Shown here one piece after another: positions 46,170-60,089 of a stretch of 64,000 nucleotides of DNA (the first letter of the stretch is position 1; each line of letters opens with the position of its first letter). Below the pieces are notes generated by a model. The model had not been told where the DNA came from and ran no database searches. It saw only the letters and a program-made list of their open reading frames with translations. The stretch is from the human T2T-CHM13v2.0 reference genome, Homo sapiens: NCBI RefSeq assembly GCF_009914755.1, contig NC_060929.1; one strand, written 5' to 3'. The translations under genes and the position numbers were made by a program.

Positions 46170-46935
46170 ACATATTGTCTTATATTTGTATTACTATAAG
46201 CAATTCTGCAATTGATATCCTTATATATGTTTTCTTTTATACACATATAAGATTTATATAAGTAGGTGCAGGTTACTGGAACACAAGTTATATGCCTTTT
46301 TCATTTTACTAAACCCTTAATGACGTTCTTCAAAATAGTTGTAATAATTTAAGCTCCCAGTAGCATGTAATGAAAACTTCCGTGTTTTGCCAACTCTTGA
46401 TATAATACATTTCAAAACACTTAGCTGACTTTAATGGGTAAATAGTGAAATCTAATTTTTGCTTTCATTTGTATTTATCTGATGTCTAATGAAGTTGAAT
46501 ATCTTTTTATGTGTCTATTGGTTATTTGAGTTTTTTCTTCTGTGAATTGCTTGTTCTTGTCTTTCTCCTATTTTTATTTGGGTAGTCTTTTCCTTTTTGA
46601 TCTTTAAAATCTGTTTTAATATACTCTAGAGACTGGTCTTCTATCTGTTGTACATATTGAAAATATTTTTTCTTTAAGTTTAATGATTGTCTTTTCATTC
46701 TGTTTATGGAACTATTCATTATGCAGAAGGAGTAATTCTTGCTATACTCAAATCTTACTATTTTGATTTGTGCTCTTGGGATCCTGTTTTAAAAACCTTT
46801 CTCCACCAAAACATAAAGATTTGCAGCTATATTTTCTTCTACTAGCAGATTAAAAACTTGCTTTTCATGCTTAGTTCTTTCTGTCCATGTGAAACTCATT
46901 TTTTATATATGTTGGGAGGTAGAAATATAATTTCG
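46170..46935 (-). mobile_element. Old L1ME-like fragment
   Basis: TTGTATTTATCTGATGTCTAATGAAGTTGAATATCTTTTTATGTGTCTATTGG...TTCTGTGAATTGCTTGTTC. Confidence 0.75.
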
Positions 46936-49374
46936 TTCTTTGATGTGTCCAAGGTTATGTTTATAATTCATGGCCATTTTCAGATTTTCAGTGAGTACTA
47001 CTCTTTAAAGAGTAGTAGAAACAAGTTTGAAACAAGTGCACTACATGGGCACTCTGCAGAAAAGAATGAGTGAGAATATTTCAGATACATTTGCCTCATT
47101 TTGGAACTTCTTACATTTATAGTAAATTGTGGGGCTACAGGAAAATAAATGGGTAAATAAGCTTTAGAATATATTTATTGGCAAAACAACTTCCCACTGA
47201 CCTGTTAAAAGGATATTTAGCTAAGATATTAATAGCACTAACAGTATTTAGCTGTTACTTGAATTTGATTATAAAGATAAAATTTGATATATAATTTGAT
47301 TTATAAAGATAAAATTCAAAGTTACATTTATTTGACTTTAAATCAGTTGTTTTAGAATTGATTTCAGTGTGAAATGCTAAATTATGTAAAATGGAATATG
47401 TTCGAAATATTAAAGCAGTTTGTAAAAACTAAATAAACATGAAGGTTTCCATGTAAAATTATGATGAGTTCAGCTTTTAGTCTCTTTGTTAATCAATTAG
47501 GAACTCAGTTACAAGTAAAGGGAACTCAAGTCAAACTGTCTTGAGTCAAAAGAGGCCTTAATTGCCTCACATACCAGGACAGTCTATAGAATAGAACTTT
47601 CAGCGTTCCAAAACTCAAAAGCACCAGGCCTCTAGTTTGAGATTTTGCCGTGGACTATGTCAAGTCTACTCGTAGCCTCTCTCTTCATGATTGCAAGCAG
47701 CATTGATATAGCACCTCTAACACCATTTTCTCCCAGGAGCAGATTCTGTGGGAGAGGGCAAGGACTTCTTCCCAGAAGCTACAGCAAAAGTTTTGCAGTA
47801 ACTTCCTTTTTGTTTCTGAAGTACAAGAACAAAGATTCGCTCCCCACAGAAAAGGTGGTTTATAGTTAGAATAAAAAGGTGACTGGATGCAGGGCCTCCT
47901 GAACAAAAGGTGTTCACTATGTTCCCTCATGCTCAGATTCCCATCAAATAACCATCTCAAATAACAATAGAGAAAAAGTCCCCTTAACCCCAGAAATTGT
48001 AGAGCAGTAATATTCCCAAGTGAGAATATTTGCAGAATTTCTCTGAATATTGTGAAGACGTGAACAGACTGAAAAAGAGCCCCCCCTAAACCTTGTTTGG
48101 GAAGGGAATAACAGAACACCTGGCAGCAACCTGCTACCACTCCCTAAATCAATGAGTGAGGAGTGGAGGAGAAGTGAGAATCAGCCCAGAAGGACCCCTC
48201 CATAGTATCAGGAAGCATAATGAGTTCCAGAACCACAGAAAGTACAAAGCACACAGTTCTTACAGCCTGATTTACCCTCTCTATGGTCTGTCACAACTGA
48301 TGAGGAGTGTCAACACCACTGCACTGGGCTCCTAATAAAGGAATCTTTTCAGGCAAAGAATGGAGATTCTGCTTTGATTAACCCCTGGACACCATAAAAA
48401 TCATGACAGAAATAATTCCTTACATAAGTGAAGGTTCCTATAACAACTTCATCTAGTTCTTTCTCTCCCCACTCTCTGTGCACTTTTACATTTCCAAAGT
48501 AGCAATTAGCTACAATAATCTCTATTTTTTCTTCTCTGTTTCTCCAGATCATAAAAAATGAACAGAGATTTACATGATCTCTGAAAGAACATATTTAAAC
48601 TCCCAGTTCTGACACTCATAGATCTCCCTTTATAAGCATTAGAAAAGAGTTATTAAAAAGCAACCTCTGAACATACAAAAGAACATATGCATTCAACAGA
48701 GGTTTGTTTTAATTTTCTTGAGGAATTAGCAGATGACCACCATTTGTCATAGAATTACTGCAAAAAAGAAAAGTATATCAAATTCTTTATTATGTGGCAT
48801 AAAGGTTCAGTAAAGCATTGTGCTCATGGACTAAGAACAGGAAATCAAAATAATCATGCTATGAGACTAAGAAAGTTTTCACGGAAATCTGATTCCCGAA
48901 TTTAAAATTGTAAAGGAGGCAATGAAAAGCAGATTGGATGGATGCTATACATTCCAGACTTCAAGACTTGGATCAACCTAGCTACTTATTTTTTTTTCTG
49001 TATCAGCACCCAAGCAATCAGGAAAAATAAAATTGTCTAAGTAGTTACACTTCAAATTGATGATTGAAGAACTCCACTTGGACACTCAATAGCCTCTAAC
49101 AATCCGACTACATATTCCAAATTAATGTTGTTTCCCACTAATTGAGCTATTTCACGCCTTCACTTAGAACATTCTACAACAGCAAGACTCATGCTAAAAT
49201 CAATGTAGAACAGGAAATGAGGATGCCAGTATGTAATCTGATTCCAAAGTTTAAGAGGCTGTGCAGTGGCCAAAAAACAGCCATATCCCATTTGTGAGTA
49301 ATTGTTATTGTTTAAGAATAAAATTTTTTTTATTTTAAAAACATTTTACATATTTTCCTTAGTGAATAATCTCA

Positions 49375-50835
49375 CATTATCTTTATTGAGAATATCATGA
49401 ACATCAGTTTGGAAACTCCCTCATACCTTCACTTCAAACACACAAACCTGTCTGAGTTCTTACTTACACTTTCTTCTCTCTTTTTATAGTGAAGGACATG
49501 TTCCTCTCCACATCAAAGATCAGTCTCTCAATCCTTCCACCCATGCTCTGCCTTCTATTCCATCTAGTCAAATCAAGAACTTTACTTCCACAAATTTCCC
49601 TTTTCTCTCCTGCATCAATAACTTTTTTTCCTTCTGGAATATTCTCATAAGCCTAAAGACATTCTACACTTTCTTTTATTTTTAAAAATAATTAAATAAG
49701 GGGCTTCATTTTACCACAGCTTTCACACCATGTTTCTGATTTTTATAGCAAAATGTCTTGAGTTACTTAAGCTCATTTTCTCCAGTTTCTCACCAAATTT
49801 TCATGCTTCTGCCTATGTCATCTGGCTTCTGTCCCAACTTCTCCACTGTCAGTATTTTTATTGAAAATAATGATTATCTCCTTATTGTGAAACTCAAAGG
49901 CTACTTTTTTCTTCTTGCTTGACCTCGCAGCTATCCTTGATAACAGTTGTTCACTGCCTTCTTTATGACTCTTTCCATTCTCAGGTTTTTTACATTATAT
50001 TCTTTTGGTTATTTTTCTTATAATATTGACCATTCTTCTCCAGCTCCTCCACTGTCAGCTCTTGTAGGAGACCTCTCAGTGCTGAAGTTCTTCAGCAATT
50101 GAACTTGAATCATTTTCCCTTTTCTATCGGCATTCTTCCTTCAGATCTTTTCTTGCTTTAAACATCATTTATGTGTTAACAGTGCTCAAATTATATTTCT
50201 AGAACTTGTCTAATATTCCATCTTCTCAACACCTCCATAAGGCATACCTGTTTTACCCCTATCTTTTCTATCATTGTAAATTGTTCCATTTGCTCCAGCA
50301 AGAAGCTTTGAAGTCTTTTTCCCCTTCACCCTCACATCCAATAAGTCAGCACATCTATCTGAAAAAATATACTGTGCTACCCGAATCCAAACCAGATCTC
50401 TCACACAGATAGTTGCAATAGCCCACTAACTGGACTGCATTTTCTCTTTGGCCTTTCTACAATCCTTTCACCCTTTTTAGAGCATTCAGAACAACCCTAT
50501 AAAAACATCCATCTCTTCTTGCTAACAACCCTGGAAATAGCTTTCCATTGCACTTTAAATTCTTATCTTTATACTTATCTCATGCCGTGACCATCCTTTA
50601 TTACTATGTGTCAGTCATGCAGGATTTTTTTTTTTCAGTCCGAGACTATCCAAAAGTCTTTGCTTTACAGTTCTCTTTACTTAGAATATTTGTTCTTCAT
50701 CTGGCTGGTTCCTATTCATTGTATAGTGTAAAAGTCACCTCCAGAGGGAAGTTTTCCTTTGTTTGTGCTTTCTAAGTAGCTTACTGAAGGTATTCTCTAT
50801 CACAGTACACCATTTATTGACTCATAGAAAATACT
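49375..50835 (+). mobile_element. L2 fragment (about 1.4 kb, highly decayed)
   Basis: Pyrimidine-rich L2 motifs CTCTCCTGCATCAAT, TCTGGCTTCTGTCCC, TTGACCTCGCAG, CTCAAATTATATTTCTAG, TTGCAATAGCCCACTAACTGG and GTCACCTCCAGAGGGAAG. Confidence 0.7.
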
Positions 50836-50841
50836 AAAGTT

Positions 50842-51155
<314 letters not shown>

Positions 51156-51204
51156 TTAATTTATATGTTGTTTATATTACATTGTTTATTTATTTTCTCC
51201 CACT

Positions 51205-51490
51205 AGCCATGGAAAAGGTGCCACCCAAAAGGAGCTGTGATATTTGGTAGAGGAATGCCACCCTCTATTCCAACCAAGTTCTGTTAGGAAGAAAGCAGGG
51301 TGAATAAACACCTCAACCTCAATCCCCATCTCCTCTTATCTATTTCTGTTTCCTTTTGTCAATCAGACCCAAAGAGCAAAAGAAGCTAAGCTAGGTGATG
51401 TAGACCATAGAGATCAGCATCCTAAGAAACATAACAGGACAGAGGAGGGCTGAGAAGGAATCTGAGAGGTAAATTGAGACTACCCAGGAC
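51205..51490 (-). mobile_element. LTR33-like fragment
   Basis: Similar to 39510-39995: GAATAAACACC...GATGTAGACCATAGAGATCAGC...ACCCAGGACA. Confidence 0.55.
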
Positions 51491-51546
51491 ATAGATTGAA
51501 GATAGAATGAGCTGAGTTTAATGGGAAGTCAAGAAGAAAAGCATAG

Positions 51547-52015
51547 TATGGGGGTTCAGTCATGGTGGTGGGAAAGATTTTAGAGGAAATAAACACAAAC
51601 CTTCTTGGAAGGCCAAGAGGTTTGCATAGCTTTAGTAAAAGCCTTGGCTGAAGGCAGCTGAGTTCTCTTAAAAGCTCAGGGCATAGATACATAAGAATGT
51701 AGAGGAGTTTATCTAAAGAGCTTGCTTACTCATGTGGTCCTAAAATTGACCTTTGATCACTCATGGGCAAGATGGCTCTCCCGGGGCGGGGGTGACCAGA
51801 TTAATTACCCACAGGTGTGTTGACTCAAAGTCAACCATGTTAAATAAATGCCCGCAGGGCCAGATAGTCAGGGCCATTGCTTCTGACTCTTTACAGCACC
51901 TTCCTTGGTGTCTGTGAGTGGCTTGGACCCCTAGCTGCTCTTTGACTGAATATTGGTGTTTGAGTACGTTATCCATCCGTCATGCAAGCTGGGGTCTGCA
52001 GAACAGACCCCCACA
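51547..52015 (+). mobile_element. LTR22-like solo LTR (HERV-K HML-5 group)
   Basis: ..GGGGTTCAGTCATGGTGGTGGGAAA...AAACACAAACCTTCTTGGAAGGCC...AATAAA...CAGACCCCCACA. Flanks GCATAG/GTATAG are TSD-like. Confidence 0.8.
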
Positions 52016-52742
52016 GTATAGAGCATTCTGTAGAAAGGGTGTGATCAAATCAACAATGGGAAAATAAAATCTTTCCTGAATTGAAGAAAGGCTTGAGTCT
52101 ACCAGTCAAATAACAGAATTGCAAAGGTTTGAAAATATACTTTATAGATAATATTCCTTAAAACACGAATCAAAGATTTACCAAAGCTCTCCAAGAAAAG
52201 AGACTAAATAAACAACTCAGTAATTAGCAAAATAAATGAACTGGAAATAAGCAATAAAACTAACAAACCAGAGACTCATATTTTAATTATTTATAAATGT
52301 TTAGAAAATTTAATGCAAATATTAAAAATAAACCCTTGAATCATAAGAATCTTATACAATAGATTCTCAATTTCAATCATAGATGATGTTAATAAGATTG
52401 AGTAATAGAATAAGAAAAGAGCAAAATTATTTTACAGGGTTGTCAGTAGAAAGAATTTTATTTTTGGCATTTATAGGTAAGGAAAATAAGATCATTTTTA
52501 AAATAAAAATGATAATGCCAAAAAGCTATAAATAGAAAGAAAAAAGAAAACATAATCAAATATCAGAGTACATAAAAATAACCTCTAAGAAGTATTAACA
52601 CAGAAAGATATAATAAGTATAACTGGGTTGACATTCTCTATTATAAAACAAAGACTAATATATTTATCACAACTCACTAAAATTAAAATTAAAGTTCAGT
52701 AAGAGAAAGTTTTAAAATATTCTCTTGATCTGTGTTTGGGTC

Positions 52743-55669
52743 TGTATTAGTCTGTTTTCATGCTGCTATAAAGAAATACCTGAGACTGGGTAATTTATAA
52801 AGGAAAGAGGTTTAATAGACTCACAGTTCCACATGGCTGGGGAGGACTCAGGAAACTTACAATCATGGCAGAAGGCAAAGGGGAAGCAGGCATCTTTTTT
52901 ACAAGGTGGCAGGAGAGAAGAGTGAACAAAGGCAGAAGTGGTAAACACCTTTAAAACCATCAGCTCTCATGAGAACTCCCTCACTATCATGAGAACAGCA
53001 TGAAGAAAACTGCCCCCATGATCCAGTTACCTCCCACCAGGTCCCTCCCTGAACACCTGAAAATTACAATTAGATTACAATTCAAGATAAGATTTGAGTG
53101 GGGACACAGGGCCAAAGTACATCATTCTGCTCCTGGCTGCTCGTGAATCTCATGTCCTTACATTACTAAACACATCATGGTATTCCAGTAGTCCCTTAAA
53201 GTCTTAACTCATTCCAGCATTAACTCAAAATTCCAAGTCCAAGGTTTCATCTGAGACAAGCACAAGCCCCTTCCACCTATGAGCTTGTAAAATCAAAAAT
53301 AAGTTGGTTACATCCAAGATACAATGGGGGTATGGGCATTAGTTAAATGTTCCCATTCCAAATGGGAGAAATTAGTCAAAACAAAGGGGCTACGGGGCCC
53401 ATGCAAGTCTGAAATACAATAGGAAGTCATTAAATCTTTTTTTTTAATTATACTTTAAGTTTTAGGGTACATGTGCACAATGTGTAGGTCTGTTAGATAT
53501 GTATACATGTGCCATGTTCGTGTGCTGCACCCATTAACTCGTCATTTAACATTAGGTATATCTCCTAATGCTATCCCTCCCCACTCCCCCCACCCCATGA
53601 CAGGCCCCACTGTGTGATGTTCCCCTTCCTGTGATCATGTGTTCTCATTGTTCAATTCCCACCCATGAGTGAGAACATGCAGTGTTTGGTTTTTTGTCCT
53701 TGTGATAGTTTGCTGAGAATGATGGTTTCCAGTTTCATCCATGTCCCTACAAAGGACATGAACTCATCATTTTTTATGGCTGCATATATTCCATGGTGTA
53801 TATGTGCCACATTTTCTTAATCCAGTCTATCATTGTTGGACATTTGGGTTGGTTCCAAGTCTTTGCTATTGTGAATAGTGTCGCAATAAACATACGTGTG
53901 CATGTGTCTTTATAGCAGCATGATTTATAATCCTTTGGGTATATACCCAGTAATGGGATGACTGGGTCAAATTGTATTTCTAGTTCTAGATCCCTGAGGA
54001 ATCGCCACACTGAGAAGTCATTAAATCTTAAATCTCCAAAATAATCTCCTTTGACTTTGTGTTTCACATTTGGGCACACTAATGAAAGGGGTGGGCTCCC
54101 ACAGTCTTGAGAAGCTCCTTCACAGGCTGATGTTGAGTGTCTACAGCTTGCCCAGGCACATGGTACAAGCTGTTGGTGGATCTACCATTCTGGGGCCCAG
54201 AGGCTCTTCTCACAGCTCCACTAGGCAGTGACCTAGTGGGGACTCTGTGTGGGGGCTCTGACCCAACATTTCCCTTCTGCACTGCCCTAGCAGAGATTCT
54301 CCATGAGGGCTCCACCCCTGCAGCAGACTTCTGCCTGGAAATCCAGGTGTTTCCATACATCCTCTGAAATCTAGGCAGAGGCTCCCAAACCTCAGTTGCT
54401 AACTTTCATGCACCTGCAGGCTCAACACCACATGGAAGCTGCCAAAGCTTGAGGCTTTCACCCTCTGAAACAATGACCTGAGCTGTACCCTGGTGCTTTT
54501 TAGCCAGGGATGGAGCTGGAGCAGCTGGGACGCAGGGCATCAAGTCCTGAGGCTGCAAAGAGCAGCAGGTCCCTAGGCCCGGCCCTTGAAACCATTTTTT
54601 CCTCCCAGGCCTCTGGGCCTGTGATGGGTGTGGCTGCCTTGAAGATTTCTGACATGCTCTGGAGATGTTTTCCTCATTGTCTTGGCTATTAACATTAGGC
54701 TCCTCATTACTTGTGCAAATTTCTGCAGAAGACTTGGATTCATTGCCAGAAATTTTTTTTTTTTTTTTTTTTTTGGCTACCACATGGTCAGGCTACAAAA
54801 TTTCCAACCCTTTATCTTCTGCTTCCCTTTTAAATATAAGTTCCAATTTCAAACCATTTCTTTGTGCACACATAAAACTGAATGCTTTCAGAATAATCCA
54901 GGTCACCTCTTTAATGCTTTGCTGCTTAGAAATTTCTTCCACTGTATACCCTAGATCATTTCTCTCAAGTTCAAAGTTCCACAGATATCTAGGGCAGGGG
55001 CATAATGCCACCAGTCTCTTTGCTAAAGCATAGCAAAAGTCACCTTTACTCTAGTTCCCAACAAGTTCTTTATCTCCATCTGAGACTACCTCAGTGTGGA
55101 TTTCATTGTCCATATCACTATCAGCATTTTGCTCAAAACCATTCAACAAGTCTCTAGGAAGTTCCAAACTTTCCCACATCTTTCTGTATTATTCTAGGCT
55201 CTCCAAACTGTTCCAGCCTCTTCCAGTTACCCAGTTCCAAATTCACTTCCACATTCTCCAGTATCTTACAGAAATGCCTCATTACCTCAGTACTAATTTT
55301 CTGTATTGGTTCATTTTTACACTGCTATAAAGAAACACCAGAGACTGGGTAATTTATTAAGGAAAGAAGTTTAATTGATTCACAGTTCCACATGGCTGGA
55401 GAGGCCTCAGGAAAATTACTATCATGGAAGAAAGCAAAGGGGAAACAGGCACTTTGCACAAGGAGGTGGGAGGGAGGAGTGAATGAAGGAGTAACTGCCA
55501 AACACTTTTAAACCATCAGTTCTCATGAGAACTCTTCTCACTATCATGAGAACAGCATGGGAAAACTGCCCCCATGATCCAATCACCTCCCAGCAGGTGC
55601 CTCCCTAGACACCTGGGGATTACAATTCAAAATGAGATGTGGGCAGGGAAACAAAACCAAACCATGTAA
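52743..55669 (-). mobile_element. Full-length MSTA-like MaLR: LTR 52743-53124, internal region with L1 insert, LTR 55302-55669
   Basis: Paired LTRs TGTATT.GT...CCAAA..A.(TCA/TAA). Internal sequence is colinear with 692-2326. Confidence 0.92.
53439..54013 (-). mobile_element. 5'-truncated young L1PA (about PA3-5) 3' end inserted in MSTA-int
   Basis: T tail, then TTATACTTTAAGTTTTAGGGTACATGTGCAC...GAGGAATCGCCACACTGA. Perfect 16-bp TSD GAAGTCATTAAATCTT (53423-53438, 54014-54029). Confidence 0.95.
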
Positions 55670-56096
55670 ATGTCAAAAAAGAAAACCAAACAAACCAATT
55701 ACATTGCAAACACTATATTAAAATAATATATGAGACTATCCCAAACCTTTACTTATGAGTACATTTGTAACCTAAACTTATTTTATTCTTAAAACTAAGA
55801 GAATAAAAATAAATGAATTACGCATTCAACTCCAGAATTTAGGAGAAGGAGGAGGAGAAGCATAAGGAGAGTGCAAAAACATAAAACAAACAAACTAACA
55901 AAACAAAACAAAACAAAGACATGTCTACAGAAAGCAAGAAGAACAAAAGCAAAAAATAATACATTGGAAAATATGTTGTTTTAAAGAGAGAATGGATATG
56001 TAAATGCAATTTCTACAAACACACAGATGCACACACACAGCTGTACTGAAAATATTCATGAAAAATGTTTAAATGTATCATGTAATACACTGATGT

Positions 56097-56545
56097 TATT
56101 ATTGACAAATAAGCTGCATACATTTAATTTCCACAGTTTGATAAGTTTTGACATATGTAAACACCCATGCAGCCATCAACACAATCAAGATGATGAAAAT
56201 ATCTAACGTACTCAAAAGTACCCTCATGTCTCTTTGCAATCTCTTTCCATCCCCTCTCCTTCCTCCCCCATCCACAGAGAAACACTGATCTTCTTTCTAT
56301 CACTATGGATTAGGTTTAATTTCTAGATTTTTAAAAATACAGAATCATAAAGTATGTGCTTTTTTGTCTGGTTTCTATCACTGAGAGTAATTATTTTGAA
56401 ATCTTTCCATGTGGTTTCCTGTATCAATAGCTCATTCTTTTTTATTGTTGAGTAATATTGCATTGTATGGATACACCACAATTTATTTGCTCAATTATAT
56501 GTTGATGGATATTTGTGTTGTTTCCAGTTTGAAGCTATTAGAAAT
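56097..56545 (-). mobile_element. L1MC/MD-like 3' UTR fragment
   Basis: AAGTTTTGACATATGTAAACACCCATG...ACAATCAAGAT...GAGTAATATTGCATTGTATGGATACACCACAATTT. Confidence 0.8.
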
Positions 56546-57223
56546 ATTATATTCCTGTTTAGTTTTCTATTTTTAATGTGTCCATAACCTTCTTAAACTG
56601 ATGGTACAGCCACTAATGAGACATAAGCCATAGATCTAAATAGTGTCTTAAGACATAAATTGTATATCAAGTATATCAAGGAGAAGAGAGGAAAATAATA
56701 ATAAGTTATTTCTACTATGACACAGTTTAAAGATACAGTTTAAAGATCCCCTTTAGATCCACCTCTTTCTTTAAAACCTAGCAGATAAACAATATTAACA
56801 GTTCACTTTTAACATTCCTGTTAATCGGCTATTAATTCTTAAGAGGGAATTAATAGAAGTCAACATAGAACAAGAATAGAACATAAGAAGACGGGGTTGG
56901 GAAGAAGAATAGGGACAGGAATGATAATAGGGATTACAGAAGGAGAGACACGTTGACGAAGCCAATTGACAAGGTGCAAAGGACAAAATTCACCTATGTG
57001 CCAATTTCATTTAAATTGTCTCCCTTGACCCTTTGACATATATGATGCAGATACCATATCTTTTCCTAAATTTCCTCATTTCTTTTGCTTTCTCTATATA
57101 GACTGCATTCAAATAGCAGGCCTTCATTTTTGTTAATATTCCTCCCCCCAGATATCTTCACATGGTAAAAATTACCAATACAAAATGAAACGGTGGCAGT
57201 TGGTATTAGGTTCAATACATGTA

Positions 57224-59147
57224 CAGTCAGCCCTCCATATCCACAGTTCTGCATCAATGGATCCAGTCAGTTGCACATTAAAAATATTCAGAAAGAAACT
57301 GAAATAATAGTAAAACAATAAAAAATACAAATAAAAAACAATACAGAATAACAGCTATTTACATAGCATTTACATTGTATTGGGTATTATAAGTAATCTA
57401 GACTAGAGATGATTTGAAGTATATGGGGAGGGTGTGCATAGGTTATATATAGATACTCTGCCATTTTACATAAGGGACTTGAGCATGTATGTGATGGCAG
57501 CAGCAGCCCCCCTAGAGCAGCTGCTGCCATGACCCTGGCTGCAGGTGGGGAGGCTTGGCCCAGAGTAGGCAGGAGCCCCACCCTCCCAGGTGCAGCTTCA
57601 GCTATCAAAGCCATGGCTACAAACTCGGACATCTCTGCACTCTTGGGGGCACAGAAAGGCCCCCCAGGCCCCACAGGCTCGGAGGTATCTGCTCCTGCTG
57701 CCTGGTCTCTCACCACTCCTGGCACCTGCTCTGGTCTCAGAGCAAGGTTTGGCCTGAGCCCAGGCACTGTCACAGCCTGACTGGGTGCGCACATGCTTGG
57801 GGCAGCACTGACATGCCAGCCCCCTGCTGCGTTGGCCCCCTCTCAACTTTGCATTGATATGCACAGGAGGGAGGCTGAGGGGGGCTGAGGGCAACTCGGT
57901 GCTGGCCTGCAGGCACCCCACAGTACAAACAGCCTGGACACCATAAATGGCAGCAAGAGGCAGACAGGCTCCTGGGCTGAAGGGCACAGTCCTAGTGAGC
58001 CCCACCTACAAGCCAGGGGAGGTCTGAAGCCTGGGGGCCAGGCTGCTGGTCCAATGGACCAGAATGAGAGCTTGTGGTGCTTTCTCTGGGTGCGCCCATG
58101 GCTGCCCATGGACCAATTGCCACACACTTCCTCCCCTCTTAAGCTCATATAAACCCCAGACTCAGCCAGACTTGGGGAGATGACAGGATGACCAACTGTG
58201 GAGAGCAGCTATCCACCCTAGGGTCTCCTCTCTGCTGAGAGCTGAAAAGATGACGGGATGACCAGCTACAGAGAGGAGCTACCCACTTCAGGGTCTCCTC
58301 TCTGCTGACAGCTGAACACTTAATGAGAAGACCTGCCTGCAGAGAGGAGCTACTCACTCCAGGGTCTCTTTTTTGCTGAGAACTGAATACTAGTTGGGAC
58401 ACCCTGCCTGCAGAGAGGAACTACCCAATGTTGGTCTCCTCTGAGCTGTTCTGTTGCTCCGTAAAAGTCCTCTTTGCCTTGCTCACCCTCCACTTGTCCA
58501 TGTACCTCATTCTCCCTGGACACAGGACAAGAACTTGGGAACTGCCATAGTGGGGCCAAAAGAGCTGTAACACAAACAGTGCTAACACATGCCCCTGGCT
58601 CACCACATTGTGGGCAACAAGAAAGAGAGAAGAAAAAAAGACAAGAAGAAAGAAGGAGAGAAGAGCTGTGGCCCTTCAGGGATCCCAGACCTAGGACCTC
58701 CTGGTGCCAGGGCTGTGACACCCTCTTTGGGGCTTTGTGGTTCCTGGAATCTCCAACCCTCCAGGTGCTACCATTTTTCCCAGTGCCAGCTGTGGAAGCT
58801 GCTTGTGGTATGCTTCGTCCAGCCACAGCCTCACAAAAAGCTGGCACCCGTGCTGACATTCCTGGCTGTGAGCAGTGTCCAGACCCCATACTTTCTAACA
58901 CACCCTTCACCACTCTGTGCCTGGCTTGCCCTTGGCAGGTGCGGGGTCCAGGCCAGTAGCACGAGCTGAATGCAGCCTGCCAGGACGAGTAGGCCCTGCA
59001 GGCCTGAGCAAAACTAGGGCAAAGGCGCCACTGGCCACAGAGGTTTCTGACTGGCAAAGCGACACCCGAAGCATTCTGTAACACATGGATTTTGGTATTT
59101 GCAAGAGGTCTTGGAACCAATGCTTTGTAAATAACAAAGGATGACTG
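57224..59147 (+). mobile_element. Tigger3/MER7-like MITE split by MER52A (57224-57491 and 59084-59147)
   Basis: TA-CAGTCAGCCCTCCATATCC...AAGGGACTTGAGCAT | GGATTTTGGTAT...GGAACCAA...GGATGACTG terminal inverted repeats. Confidence 0.85.
57492..59083 (+). mobile_element. MER52A-like long solo LTR (about 1.6 kb, GC-rich)
   Basis: TGATGGCAGCAGCAGCCCC...CTGTAACA, 4-bp TSD TATG/CATG. TATA-like CATATAAA at about 58146. Internal repeats GAGAGGAGCTACCCACT.CAGGGTCTCCTCTCTGCTGA. Confidence 0.85.
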
Positions 59148-59403
59148 TGTATTGGCATACAATTTATAATATATGTATGATAACTAATAATAGCAATAGC
59201 TTAAACAAAATAGAGTATTATTTTTCTTGCACATGAAAATGTCTGGAGTAGGCAATCCAAAGCTGATACAGTATCAGCTTGGTATTAGGAAACCCTATCC
59301 CTTCTATTTTATGCCTTTCTAGCCTTAGCCTGAAATCTTTTGTTCAGAGGTAGTTTATTGGTTATCTGTGTATATGTAAGCCTATGAGGATCTGTCTGTA
59401 TGT

Positions 59404-59478
59404 GCTCTCTCTCGCTCTCTTCCTCTCTCTCTCTTTCCCTCTCTCTCTCTGTCACACACACACACATACACACACACA
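59404..59478. repeat. Compound (CT)n(CA)n microsatellite
   Basis: Imperfect CT run followed by a CA run. Confidence 0.95.
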
Positions 59479-60089
59479 CGAGTATGGTGTAGTAATGTAA
59501 CAGTGAAAGCACAAAACTAATTAATATAACTATTAATTTTTGTTTAAGGAGTCTTTACCAATCTCTGCACATAGACTAGGATAATTTTAGAGCACCGAGG
59601 TAATATGCAAAAACAGTAAATGTGTAGTTTTAAAAACTAAGTCTGGGATTAAAGGAGAAGTATGTAAACCCATAAAAACTGATACACTGTTCAGCATCTT
59701 TTTTACTGAGTGGTTCCAGTCATGCATGCACACATATATTTTTAAATTTTAATCAGATACATATTTAATGATCTACCACTTGATCACCTCCTTTCTAGAA
59801 TCAGTGTTCCTTTGACCCCAAGATACCTGCAGGTATTGCCTCTTTTAATAATCACAGCATTCGTATGAAGTATACATTATCATTTCCATTTTGAAGATAA
59901 AACAACCTCTAGCACCACTTTTTGGGTAAGGTTTTATTGAAGGATAACATACATAGAGATATGTGAGCAAATGTGTATAATTCAATTTGTTCTTACATGC
60001 CTTTTAGCCATCATCTAGATCTGGATTTAGAACATCTTCAGCATCCCAGTAGCTTCATTTATGCCCTCTCATAGTCAATAGAGAGGTCT

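Noticed and set aside
47685-48140. 151-aa minus ORF
   Set aside because: No recognisable homology or exon structure; the region has traces of an old MLT-like LTR.
49200-49330. Possible Charlie/hAT transposon fragment
   Set aside because: Only a vague resemblance; no terminal repeats identified.
52030-52740. A-rich stretch, possibly an ancient L1 ORF1/inter-ORF remnant
   Set aside because: Too decayed to assign by eye.
58190-58450. Repeat-spacer-like array resembling CRISPR
   Set aside because: Diverged internal tandem units of an LTR in primate DNA; no unique spacers and no cas genes.
58350-59162. 270-aa minus ORF and overlapping 161/126-aa ORFs
   Set aside because: They lie almost entirely in a GC-rich MER52A LTR where stops are rare on both strands; no recognisable domain.
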